A stretch of DNA of 64,000 nt from IMG/VR virus record IMGVR_UViG_3300044701_001468; one strand, given 5' to 3'. Below the pieces are notes generated by a model. The model had not been told where the DNA came from, did not search any database, and worked only from the letters and a program-made list of their open reading frames with translations. Shown here in pieces: positions 1-8,946 of the stretch. Source of the DNA: a virus. Every line of letters begins with the position of its first letter. The stretch's first letter is position 1. The translations under genes were made by a program, and so were the position numbers.

Positions 1-344
1 GAAATAGTATATGGTGATCCATCAAATTTTTCAGCAAATACTAAAGTACCTGTGCTAGCAAGGACAACATAATAACCATAAACATTACCAGCAGAACCAG
101 TAAATGTCCAGGTCTGTTGTGGATATGTAATAGTATTAGATGAAATAGTCCACGATGAACCAGTCAAAGTTTTCTCTGCATACCCACCTCCACTAACTTC
201 AGTGAACTGAGCAACAACAGAAGAAACTTCTGGTGTATAGTTATTACTATACAACTTCAAAGTCAGATCTTCTACTGTAGTATCTTTACCAACCAAATAC
301 GACAGAGCCTGTTGTCTTGCCGTATCTGTTATTATCATTGCCAT
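1..344 (-). CDS. Partial phage structural-type protein (runs off window start)
   Basis: Manual translation MAMIITDTARQQALSYLVGKDTTVEDLTLKLYSNNYTP..., open to the window edge; AGAGG RBS upstream; not in ORF track. Confidence 0.65.
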   Translation of the reverse strand, partial: MAMIITDTARQQALSYLVGKDTTVEDLTLKLYSNNYTPEVSSVVAQFTEVSGGGYAEKTLTGSSWTISSNTITYPQQTWTFTGSAGNVYGYYVVLASTGTLVFAEKFDGSPYTI

Positions 345-346
345 GT

Positions 347-601
347 TTACCTCTTCTTCTTAGATTCTTTTGGTTGAACTCCCCATAACTTTGGATTCAC
401 TCTGCCTTCGGATTGTTTCCAACCCTTTAAACCTTCGCGGTATTTATCCCAGTAGACATCAAAGATCTCCATTTGTTTATCTGGAATAACTATATCATAT
501 GCGATTGCTCCATCGATTTCATATGTTACAAGGTATGCTGTGTAAGGCAAACTTCTATCGTTTGCTAATTCAGGATCACAATTTTGATGGAGAATCTTCA
601 T
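347..601 (-). CDS. Conserved cyanophage hypothetical protein
   Basis: 84 aa ORF tightly packed in the rnh operon. Confidence 0.7.
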   Translation of the reverse strand: MKILHQNCDPELANDRSLPYTAYLVTYEIDGAIAYDIVIPDKQMEIFDVYWDKYREGLKGWKQSEGRVNPKLWGVQPKESKKKR

Positions 602-1050
602 TAACTACGACCTCCCCATTTGATTTGGGGGAAGGTCTCTTCAATAAGAGCTCGTGAGATACGAGTAAACTTCTTTTGAAGATTCTTATCCTTAACAAGA
701 ATCAAAACTTCTGCTTCATCGGGATGCAGTGATTCAATCATACCCAAGAAGATTTGCTCACGCTTGGATTGTGAGATGGTAGAAGCACCTTTAATAAAGT
801 AAAAGAACTTCTTACCTTCATTCTCTAAACGAATATGATCAGTGCCTTCTGGTGCTGGATTCTTAGTAAAAGGTACATCACCATCAGGAAGAGCAGAAGA
901 TACACTCTCATCAAAGTTCCAAATAAACAAACTACGAAGAGTCTGACTATTGTACTTGAGAAGCAGTTCAGATTTTTCTGCTTTGGTTTTAGCGTTGTTG
1001 ACCTTGCGAAGAACTTCCGAAATTAAAGGTCTATAAGTATCAGTTGCCAT
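601..1050 (-). CDS. Conserved T4-like phage hypothetical protein
   Basis: 149 aa; LHPDEAEVLILVKDK motif typical of the gene following rnh. Confidence 0.75.
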   Translation of the reverse strand: MATDTYRPLISEVLRKVNNAKTKAEKSELLLKYNSQTLRSLFIWNFDESVSSALPDGDVPFTKNPAPEGTDHIRLENEGKKFFYFIKGASTISQSKREQIFLGMIESLHPDEAEVLILVKDKNLQKKFTRISRALIEETFPQIKWGGRS

Positions 1051-1051
1051 A

Positions 1052-1954
1052 TCAGTTCACGTTAAAATGTGGTTGTGTGTTACGAAATACAAAGTCCTCC
1101 ATCAACTTAGTAAGTTGATGCTGTTGAAAGTATTCTAATGGAACTTTCTTTTCAGAATTATTTAGTGCTTTGTAATAATTTACGATTTCCGTAGCAAGTT
1201 GTTCAGGAACACAGGAAAGATCGATTAATTTCCGATTACGCATGTAATTTTCTTTTGCTTCAGCAGTATTACAGAAATCCAATGGATCTAGTTTAACCCA
1301 TCTTTCTAAGTTTTTCTTACTTATAGGTTTCTGTCTCTTGCCTACAACAAATGTATCGTCATCAGATAGGAAGTTAGGTATGCCATCTGACTTATCTCCC
1401 TTAATGATATGTTCGAGAATATATTCCCTTGGGTTGTCATGTTTAATCTCTTTCTTTAGAATAGGATTATACTGCTTAACAAAAGGATACTTTTGTAGTT
1501 GAATGAAATCTTTATCTCCAGAAAGAATCAAAACTTTCTCTGGTTGTTTACCTTCTTTCTCTAGTTTAATATTTTTGTATGCTTGAAGAGTAGTGAGAGT
1601 GCTGATAACATCGTCTGCCTCAGCACCATACACTTCAACTACTTTGTAAGGAAAGAAGTTTTTAATCTCGTCTCTAATCTTATTCAAGACTTCGAAGATA
1701 GCATTCCAATCAAGCTCGGATGCTTCTCGGTCTTTCTTTCTATTCTGTTTGTAATAAGGGAATGCTTCCTTACGCCAATAGTGTTTGGAATCATATGCCA
1801 ATACAACTTCACCATAGGTAGGAGAGTATTGTTTTTCAAATGCTCGCAATGCTGTGAGCACCATATGCCTAACAAGATTTTCGTTAAGAGCATCACCTTT
1901 CAACTGCATCATCAGATTACTAATCATAATCTGATTCATATCAATTAGAATCAT
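1052..1954 (-). CDS. rnh: RNase H / 5'-3' exonuclease (T4 type)
   Basis: LIDMNQ, GAEADD, SGDKDF, GDKSDGIPN motifs. Confidence 0.95.
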   Translation of the reverse strand: MILIDMNQIMISNLMMQLKGDALNENLVRHMVLTALRAFEKQYSPTYGEVVLAYDSKHYWRKEAFPYYKQNRKKDREASELDWNAIFEVLNKIRDEIKNFFPYKVVEVYGAEADDVISTLTTLQAYKNIKLEKEGKQPEKVLILSGDKDFIQLQKYPFVKQYNPILKKEIKHDNPREYILEHIIKGDKSDGIPNFLSDDDTFVVGKRQKPISKKNLERWVKLDPLDFCNTAEAKENYMRNRKLIDLSCVPEQLATEIVNYYKALNNSEKKVPLEYFQQHQLTKLMEDFVFRNTQPHFNVN

Positions 1955-2224
1955 TTAATCCTCGTCGTCATACTCCTCAAAATCTTCAGAATTTTCAAAG
2001 CGAACCGCCACAATCTCATCGGGAATCAGTTGACCATTCTCATCAAACATTTCAGGATGCATTGGAACAATCCTGTTTTTATTGAGAAAGGCATAGACGA
2101 TATCGTTTCCGAACCATCCAATCATTAAACCGATCATAAAAGATCCTACGATTCCTATTCCAGAAAAGAACAGGATGTATGGTGTTGCTGACTCCATCTT
2201 ACTACTCCCTTGTTGGTTTGTCAA
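1955..2224 (-). CDS. Conserved cyanophage membrane protein
   Basis: N-terminal TM helix then HPEMFDENG motif. Confidence 0.7.
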   Translation of the reverse strand: MTNQQGSSKMESATPYILFFSGIGIVGSFMIGLMIGWFGNDIVYAFLNKNRIVPMHPEMFDENGQLIPDEIVAVRFENSEDFEEYDDED

Positions 2225-2432
2225 CCGCCCAGGAGAACTCCAAATTAAAATGGAATGTTCTGCGTAGGAGGTTGAATGTTTTATTCAGTTTAAATCCATG
2301 TCTAGGTTTGACTTTATCAACCCTCCTACGCAGCATGAATTCTATACCTCTATTTATTCGCAGCTGGTTGTGGTTTGTTTTTACTGCCTGGTTTTCTTCC
2401 TCTTCGTTTTGATTTCTCATACTTTTTCGCAT
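2202..2432 (-). CDS. Hypothetical protein (start uncertain)
   Basis: ORF fills the gap in a minus-strand operon. Confidence 0.45.
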   Translation of the reverse strand: MRKSMRNQNEEEENQAVKTNHNQLRINRGIEFMLRRRVDKVKPRHGFKLNKTFNLLRRTFHFNLEFSWAVDKPTRE

Positions 2433-2730
2433 CCTCTAACATAGAATTTAAATATTCTTTCACTTTTCTAGCACGAGGTTTACCCATCCAATTATAGGAT
2501 TCTCTAACATCAGCAACCTCAGGACCACCACCAAGATACATATCTATTTCTTCTACTTGATCTCTAATGGCAGTGCAAACATTAGATTCTAAAAAAATAG
2601 TTATATCTTGTTTTGTGAAATTTTCACCTTGCAGATATGTATAAAAATTTAAATTATATTTCTGCTCCTTAAAAGCAAAATCAATCGCTTCGTTGACAAT
2701 ATAATACATATCTTCAATAGATGCCATCAC
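2350..2730 (-). CDS. Conserved cyanophage hypothetical protein
   Basis: 126 aa with basic C-terminal tail RRGRKPGSKNK. Confidence 0.7.
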   Translation of the reverse strand: MMASIEDMYYIVNEAIDFAFKEQKYNLNFYTYLQGENFTKQDITIFLESNVCTAIRDQVEEIDMYLGGGPEVADVRESYNWMGKPRARKVKEYLNSMLEDAKKYEKSKRRGRKPGSKNKPQPAANK

Positions 2731-2981
2731 TAACTCCTCGTAGAACTAATCAAACCTTCGGAAAGAAAAAGTTTTATAACCTCAACCAACCCACCAACTG
2801 CTTTATCATCAATAACAACAAAAGGAAATACCTTGATCATTGGATATTTGTTGTTAAAATCTTCCGTTGTCATATCATTGGTTACTGATACTTCAGCGTA
2901 ATCTACATTTGCCCTTTTAAAAAGTTCTTTTAGATGTCCACAATGAGAACAACCTGGCAATGTATAAGCAGTAATTTCCAT
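2730..2981 (-). CDS. Glutaredoxin
   Basis: CSHC active site; FPFVVID..VGG; likely start MEITAY at 2981. Confidence 0.85.
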   Translation of the reverse strand: MEITAYTLPGCSHCGHLKELFKRANVDYAEVSVTNDMTTEDFNNKYPMIKVFPFVVIDDKAVGGLVEVIKLFLSEGLISSTRS

Positions 2982-3334
2982 TAGATACCTCGTTTCAACA
3001 TAATGATTTTTGGTTGTTTGCATTCTAATGCAGTTACCATATATTCGCAAGCCTTATCTGGCATGGTATGATCTCCACAAGTGAAGATATCTACCGCAGC
3101 ATATCCTTTTTCTGGCCATGTATGAATGCTGATGTGACTTTCTGATAATAAACACACCGCAGTAATCCCCTGAGGAGTAAATTCGTATTTAACTTCTTCG
3201 ATTAAAGTAGCATTTGCATGTTCCACTGCCTGTCTAAGGGAAGTGCTAATATGTTCAGAATTGTTTAAAAGATCAGCGTTACATTCACATAATTCTGCGA
3301 TGTGATGCACACCCAGCACTTCATCTACCATCAA
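2981..3334 (-). CDS. speD: S-adenosylmethionine decarboxylase-family proenzyme
   Basis: LSESHISIHTWPE...DIFTCG signature with the E|S pyruvoyl cleavage site. Confidence 0.9.
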   Translation of the reverse strand: MMVDEVLGVHHIAELCECNADLLNNSEHISTSLRQAVEHANATLIEEVKYEFTPQGITAVCLLSESHISIHTWPEKGYAAVDIFTCGDHTMPDKACEYMVTALECKQPKIIMLKRGI

Positions 3335-3359
3335 TGTATCTCCAGTTATCGTTCAGTAT

Positions 3360-3569
3360 TTAGAATCCTTTTGGATTAGTTTTTTTCTTTTTATCCAATA
3401 CTTCTATGTGACTCAAGAATTGATTGGGAGTTTGGAACCATGTTGCCTGCACATCCATATAATTATCAAAGACTTTTGATGTATTGTTGGCGAAGATTAG
3501 TTTATAGTCATGTCTATCATATGGTTTATAGCAGGTCTGCTCGAAAGTTTCCATAAAAAAGGAGGGCAT
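3360..3569 (-). CDS. Conserved cyanophage hypothetical protein
   Basis: 69 aa ORF between psbA and speD. Confidence 0.65.
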   Translation of the reverse strand: MPSFFMETFEQTCYKPYDRHDYKLIFANNTSKVFDNYMDVQATWFQTPNQFLSHIEVLDKKKKTNPKGF

Positions 3570-3578
3570 TGCCCTCCC
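3555..3578 (-). terminator. Intrinsic terminator after psbA
   Basis: Minus strand GGGAGGGCAATGCCCTCCTTTTTT. Confidence 0.8.
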
Positions 3579-3603
3579 AGTGTATCAGGTTTTACCTAGT
3601 ATG

Positions 3604-4686
3604 TCAACCGATTGCAGGTGCAGTGAGAGCAACAGGAGTCATATCAGCAGCGGCAAGGTCAAGAGGGAAGTTGTGAGCGTTACGCTCATGCATTACTTCC
3701 ATGCCTAGACCACCACGATTGAGGATGTCTGCCCAAGTAGGAATCACATGACCTTGACTATCTTGAATCGACTGGTTGAAGTTGAAACCATTCAAGTTGA
3801 ATGCCATTGTGCTGACTCCGAGAGCAGTAAACCAAATACCAACAACAGGCCAAGCAGCCAAAAAGAAATGTAGGCTACGACTGTTGTTAAAGGAAGCGTA
3901 TTGGAAGATGAGTCGTCCAAAGTATCCGTGTGCTGCAACGATGTTGTAGGTTTCTTCTTCTTGTCCGAACTTGTATCCATAGTTTTGAGATTCGTTTTCA
4001 GTAGTCTCACGAACGAGTGAACTTGTGACCAGAGATCCATGCATAGCAGAGAAAAGAGAACCGCCAAATACACCAGCCACCCCAAGCATATGGAAGGGGT
4101 GCATGAGGATGTTATGCTCCGCCTGAAAAACAAGCATGTAGTTAAATGTTCCACTAATGCCGAGCGGCATGGCATCAGAGAAGGAACCTTGTCCAAAGGG
4201 ATACACGAGGAAAACTGCAGAAGCAGCAGCAACGGGTGCGCTGTAGGCAACACAAATCCAAGGACGCATACCCAATCGGTAAGAGAGTTCCCATTCACGA
4301 CCCATGTAGGCATAGATACCAATCAGAAAGTGGAAGACGACCAGTTGAAATGGTCCACCATTATATAGCCATTCATCGAGTGAAGCAGCTTCCCAGATAG
4401 GATAGAAGTGCAGTCCGATGGCGTTGGAACTAGGAACAACAGCACCAGAGATGATGTTGTTTCCGTACATGAGTGAACCAGCAACGGGTTCACGAATGCC
4501 GTCGATATCGACAGGAGGAGCAGCGATGAAAGCAACAATGAAACAAATAGTAGCAGCAAGAAGGGTAGGAATCATTAGAGTTCCAAACCAACCGACGTAA
4601 AGACGATTATCGGTAGAAGTTACCCACTCGCAGAATTGTTCCCAAGTGTTACTTCCACTACGCTGTTGAGCGATAGTAGCAGTCAT
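3604..4686 (-). CDS. psbA: Photosystem II D1 protein, uninterrupted
   Basis: 360 aa; [23 protein letters not shown]; no intron. Confidence 0.99.
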   Translation of the reverse strand: MTATIAQQRSGSNTWEQFCEWVTSTDNRLYVGWFGTLMIPTLLAATICFIVAFIAAPPVDIDGIREPVAGSLMYGNNIISGAVVPSSNAIGLHFYPIWEAASLDEWLYNGGPFQLVVFHFLIGIYAYMGREWELSYRLGMRPWICVAYSAPVAAASAVFLVYPFGQGSFSDAMPLGISGTFNYMLVFQAEHNILMHPFHMLGVAGVFGGSLFSAMHGSLVTSSLVRETTENESQNYGYKFGQEEETYNIVAAHGYFGRLIFQYASFNNSRSLHFFLAAWPVVGIWFTALGVSTMAFNLNGFNFNQSIQDSQGHVIPTWADILNRGGLGMEVMHERNAHNFPLDLAAADMTPVALTAPAIG

Positions 4687-4747
4687 AGTTTTAAAAGAAC
4701 GTTAAGTTTACATGAATTGTTAAGGAATGTTTCGGTTCCTTAACATT

Positions 4748-4781
4748 TATTTATAGTAGCACGGGATCCCGTACCTGTCAA
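4748..4781 (-). promoter_or_regulatory. Overlapping sigma70 and late promoters of psbA
   Basis: TTGACA(4781-4776)-17 nt-TACTAT(4758-4753) overlapping TATAAATA(4755-4748). Confidence 0.85.
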
Positions 4782-4788
4782 GCCCCCT

Positions 4789-4796
4789 TATAAATA
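4789..4796 (+). promoter_or_regulatory. T4-type late promoter for the tail-fibre gene
   Basis: Exact TATAAATA 30 nt before the ATG at 4826. Confidence 0.8.
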
Positions 4797-4825
4797 AATC
4801 TAAATAGGGCATCTCAGGTTGTGTA

Positions 4826-7800
4826 ATGGCAAATCGCTTTCCTTTAATAGTTAATCCGACATCAAAAAAGATTGAAGAATTATCAGCAACCGATAATTTA
4901 GATCTGACCAATAGTGGGATAGTTGCAAATAATACTAGCGGCACTAATGGTCAATATCTAAAGACAAATGGATCTACTGTTGTATGGGACAATCCAGGTG
5001 ATGTTTACTTAACTACTTCCCAAACAATAACAAACAAGACTTTCAATGATTGTGTGTTATCTGGATCCACTAATACATTCTCAGCAATACCAAATAATTC
5101 TTTAGTCAATAATAAGATAACAGTTAATAGTGTAGATATTCCGTTGGGAGGATCTGTAACCACTCCCGACAATAACACAACTTATGCTATATCTGCCCAA
5201 GATGGCGGCACATCAACCGAAAAAATTATAAGATTAACGTCTGGCGGAAACGCTGGTGCTGGAATAAATGATGACGTTACTTTGGTAGCAGGAAGCAACG
5301 TTACATTATCAAGAACTGGTGATGCCATTACAATCAACTCAAGTTATATTGATACCAACACTATTACTCGTCTGCAATCATCAACTGGTGGAACTTTAGT
5401 ATCTGGGGACATCACAATTGCAGCGGGCGGTTCATCAACAGTTTCACAAGCAGGAAACACAATTACAATTTCTTCCTCGTATGTCGATACTATAACCAGA
5501 CTGCGTGGAACTGCTTCTGGAACATACACATCAGGAGATCTGACTCTTCTATCTGATGGAGCAACAACAGTAACGCAGAGTGGTTCTAACTACACAATTA
5601 GTTCTGTTAATACAATTACTCGTCTACAATCATCAATTGGAGGAACTCTAACATCTGGTGATATATCGATTGCTGGATCTGGAGCAACCAGCGTTTCGCA
5701 ATCAGGATCAACCATAACAATCAATAGTACAGATACAAATACGATTACTCGTCTACAATCAGCAACTGCAGGAACTTTAACATCTGGTGATATCACAATT
5801 GCAGCTGGTGGTGCATCGGTAGTTTCTCAATCTGGTGGTACTATTACAATAACAAGTACCGATACAAACACCACTTACTCAGTTTCTTCCACGGGAGGAT
5901 TAGCAGAAACTTCCACCGTATTTTCTTTAAAAAATGTAGTCAATCTTACTGACTCTAGATTATTAAAATGGGATAACTCTAATAAACAATTAGTCAATAG
6001 CATCATTTCAGACAACGGAAGTGTTGTCACTATTAATGGAGCTTTAACAGTAACAGGTAGCGTTACCACAATAGATACTACAACTTTAGTTGTTGCTGAT
6101 AACGAAATAGAACTAAGAAAAGGAAATAATCTAGTAGGCACTGATTCTGGTATTAAAATCAACAGAACAACTAACGCATCTGGATTAGTTCAAACATATA
6201 ACATTCTCCAATGGTTTGAATCTGGTGGATACTGGAGAAGTTATGACGGATCAGTTGCCAACAGATTTGTAACTGAAACAGAAACTCAAACTCTCACAAA
6301 CAAAACACTCACCAACCCAACACTCACAACACCAACTCTTGGTGCTGCCACTGCTACAACAATCAATGGTTTAGCAATTACTCAAGTTTCTAACGGAACT
6401 TTGACAATTGCTAACAGCAAAACTCTAACATGTAACAACACCTTAACATTCAGCGGAACTGATTCTTCTACTATTGGTTTCGGTACTGGTGGAACTGTTG
6501 TTTACACGACTAACAACCTATCAGTATTTGCTTCAACAACTTCAGCACAACTTCGTGGTGTTCTGAGTGATGAAACTGGTGTTGGTGTTGCAGTGTTTGG
6601 AACATCTCCAACAATCACAACCAGTATTCTCACTGGTAGTACTACGTTCGCGGTCTTTAACACCACAGCAACAACGATTAATGCTTTTGGTGCTGCTACT
6701 GCTGTCAATATCGGTGCAACAACTGGCACAACAACCATAAGAAATAGTTTAAGTGTAAACGGAACAACAAATCTAGGTGACGTTGTTGGCGATGCAATCA
6801 ACTTAAATGGAACAGTAGATTTTGTTAACGCTGACTTCACTATTCGCGGTGGCACTGCAAACCCAATCGCTATTGGTAGAGGTGGTAACGCAATTGCCAC
6901 TAACACCAGAATGGGGTACAACTGCCTAAACTCAAACACTTCTGGTAGTCAAAACACAGCAATTGGTTTTGAAGCTGCGAAGACAATCAACTCTGGTGCT
7001 TCGATTGTTGCTATCGGTTATCAAGCACTAACCAACGCAAGCACAGGTCAGCATAACATTGCTATTGGTAGATCAGCATTGACTGCTATTCTAGGTGGAG
7101 AAAGAAACGTTGGCGTTGGTTCCAATACTCTAGAAGGTAACACGACTGGTAATAACAACGTTGCGATTGGTTACTATGCTGGCGGTGGAGCTACTGGTAG
7201 CGGCAACGTATTGATTGGTCCTGCTCCAGATGGTAACAGCACCAACGTAACTTATACACCACCAACACCATCAGGTGATAACCAGTTAGTTATTGGTTCT
7301 GGCACTGCTACATGGGTTCGTGGTGATTCTAACTTTGACGTTACTCTACCACAAAACGCAAACGTTGGTGGCAACTTGACAGTCAGTGGTAACTTGGTTG
7401 TCAATGGCACAACAACAAGTATTAATACTAACATTTTAAGTGTTGATGATAAACTGATTGATCTTGCTGATATTTCTGCCAGAACATTTACAGCAAGTAT
7501 CGTAAGTAATAGTGCTAACATCACTGCTATTACACCTGTTACAGGATTGATTCCTGGTATGGTAGTTAGTATTTCCACCGCTGGTTTAAGTGTCCCAGCA
7601 GGAACTACAATTGTTTCTATCACAAACAATACTGCTACACTATCAAATACAGTTACTGGTTCTTCTGGCACTGCTACGTTTGTATCAACTGGTGCTACAG
7701 ATACCACAGCTGATGGTGGAGGTTTCCGTGTTAAGGGAACCACTGATAAGTCTATCACTTATGTGAACGCTACAACAGCATTTACATCCACAGAACACTT

Positions 7801-8656
7801 CGACCTTGCTACTGGTAAGCAATACAGAATTGGTAACGTTCAGGTTGCAAACGGATTAACAACTACACTCGGTCCTACTACTGGTTCTTGGAGTATTGGT
7901 GCTGGTGTTACTACTTCAAGTTTGACACAGGTTGGAACTCTCTCATCACTCACAGTAAGTGGAAACCTCACAGTTGATACCAACACATTATTTGTTGATG
8001 CTACAAACAATAGAGTTGGTATTTTAAATACATCTCCCCAAGATGCTTTACATGTTCAAGGTATTTTTAGAATTGATAGGCAACTAACAGCACAAGATCA
8101 ATCATATATGAGATTTACCAGACAAGGCACTGGTAAAATTAGAATGGGTCTCAAAACAGATGATGCTTTCTTCATTAATGCCGATGATAGTGATGGATCA
8201 AATCATTTCTTAGTTTCTTCAACTGAAGTTTACAGCTCAAATAATTTTAGATTTGCTGCTGGTAAAGGTATCGACTTCTCTGCTAATGCCAATAATGCTG
8301 GCATGACTTCTGAGTTGTTGAGTGATTATGAAGAGGGAACTTGGACACCCAATCAAGGTGGAGGTCTCACTGTTACTGGAACGTTTAGCTCTTCTGGGAC
8401 TTACACAAAAATTGGTAGACAAGTTTTCATAACATTTACGTTATCGGGATCTACTAGTATTGCAATAGGCGGTGCTGGGGGAACAATAACTAGCAATCTT
8501 CCTTTTGCTGCACCAAGCTATTTTGGCGTAATTTACGTTGGTACATCTAATGTAGGTTTTGGTATAGCGGGAGGTAACAGTTCAACCGTTTATTCTGGAG
8601 GCAGCGTAACTGGCAACAGCACAATAACTTTTTCAGCAACATATTACACTACCTAA
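4826..8656 (+). CDS. Tail fibre / virion adhesin-like protein
   Basis: 1276 aa, Thr/Gly/Ser rich; TITRL repeats; NxAIG beta-roll repeats; C-terminal SDYEEGTWTP module; late promoter. Confidence 0.8.
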   Translation: MANRFPLIVNPTSKKIEELSATDNLDLTNSGIVANNTSGTNGQYLKTNGSTVVWDNPGDVYLTTSQTITNKTFNDCVLSGSTNTFSAIPNNSLVNNKITVNSVDIPLGGSVTTPDNNTTYAISAQDGGTSTEKIIRLTSGGNAGAGINDDVTLVAGSNVTLSRTGDAITINSSYIDTNTITRLQSSTGGTLVSGDITIAAGGSSTVSQAGNTITISSSYVDTITRLRGTASGTYTSGDLTLLSDGATTVTQSGSNYTISSVNTITRLQSSIGGTLTSGDISIAGSGATSVSQSGSTITINSTDTNTITRLQSATAGTLTSGDITIAAGGASVVSQSGGTITITSTDTNTTYSVSSTGGLAETSTVFSLKNVVNLTDSRLLKWDNSNKQLVNSIISDNGSVVTINGALTVTGSVTTIDTTTLVVADNEIELRKGNNLVGTDSGIKINRTTNASGLVQTYNILQWFESGGYWRSYDGSVANRFVTETETQTLTNKTLTNPTLTTPTLGAATATTINGLAITQVSNGTLTIANSKTLTCNNTLTFSGTDSSTIGFGTGGTVVYTTNNLSVFASTTSAQLRGVLSDETGVGVAVFGTSPTITTSILTGSTTFAVFNTTATTINAFGAATAVNIGATTGTTTIRNSLSVNGTTNLGDVVGDAINLNGTVDFVNADFTIRGGTANPIAIGRGGNAIATNTRMGYNCLNSNTSGSQNTAIGFEAAKTINSGASIVAIGYQALTNASTGQHNIAIGRSALTAILGGERNVGVGSNTLEGNTTGNNNVAIGYYAGGGATGSGNVLIGPAPDGNSTNVTYTPPTPSGDNQLVIGSGTATWVRGDSNFDVTLPQNANVGGNLTVSGNLVVNGTTTSINTNILSVDDKLIDLADISARTFTASIVSNSANITAITPVTGLIPGMVVSISTAGLSVPAGTTIVSITNNTATLSNTVTGSSGTATFVSTGATDTTADGGGFRVKGTTDKSITYVNATTAFTSTEHFDLATGKQYRIGNVQVANGLTTTLGPTTGSWSIGAGVTTSSLTQVGTLSSLTVSGNLTVDTNTLFVDATNNRVGILNTSPQDALHVQGIFRIDRQLTAQDQSYMRFTRQGTGKIRMGLKTDDAFFINADDSDGSNHFLVSSTEVYSSNNFRFAAGKGIDFSANANNAGMTSELLSDYEEGTWTPNQGGGLTVTGTFSSSGTYTKIGRQVFITFTLSGSTSIAIGGAGGTITSNLPFAAPSYFGVIYVGTSNVGFGIAGGNSSTVYSGGSVTGNSTITFSATYYTT
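5353..5870 (+). repeat. Four tandem ~41-43 aa repeats in the fibre protein
   Basis: TITRLQSSTGGTLVSGDITIAAGG / TITRLRGTASGTYTSGDLTL / TITRLQSSIGGTLTSGDISI / TITRLQSATAGTLTSGDITIAAGG. Confidence 0.85.
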
Positions 8657-8700
8657 TAAATAACTCTGCCTAAACCTGTCTTGTTCGGAGAATAACCCTA

Positions 8701-8946
8701 ATGGCATTAGAAGAAGTTTCAGTAGTAGATAAGATCGAAGTTCTACTCAACGGATCTATCCAAGTAAGAAGAAGAGATCAAATCCTCAAAGATGGCACAG
8801 AAGTTGCTGCCAGTTTTCATCGCCATGTAATCAACCCAGGCGATGATGTTTCAAACGAAGACCCAAGAGTTGCTGCTATCGCTGCTGCTACATGGACGGA
8901 AGAAGTTGTTGCTGCTTACCAGGCATCGCTACCACAAGCAGAATGA
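8701..8946 (+). CDS. Small fibre-associated protein (possible chaperone)
   Basis: VDKIEV...IQVR...FHRHVI motif that typically follows YEEGTWTP fibre genes in cyanophages. Confidence 0.7.
   Translation: MALEEVSVVDKIEVLLNGSIQVRRRDQILKDGTEVAASFHRHVINPGDDVSNEDPRVAAIAAATWTEEVVAAYQASLPQAE

Noticed and set aside
3604-4686. Intron or homing endonuclease in psbA; introns or inteins in nrdA, nrdB and gp43
   Set aside because: All are contiguous ORFs of normal length
5353-5870. Repeats as a CRISPR array or DGR template/variable repeat
   Set aside because: They are diverged in-frame protein repeats; no constant repeat-spacer pattern, no adenine-specific differences and no reverse transcriptase in the window
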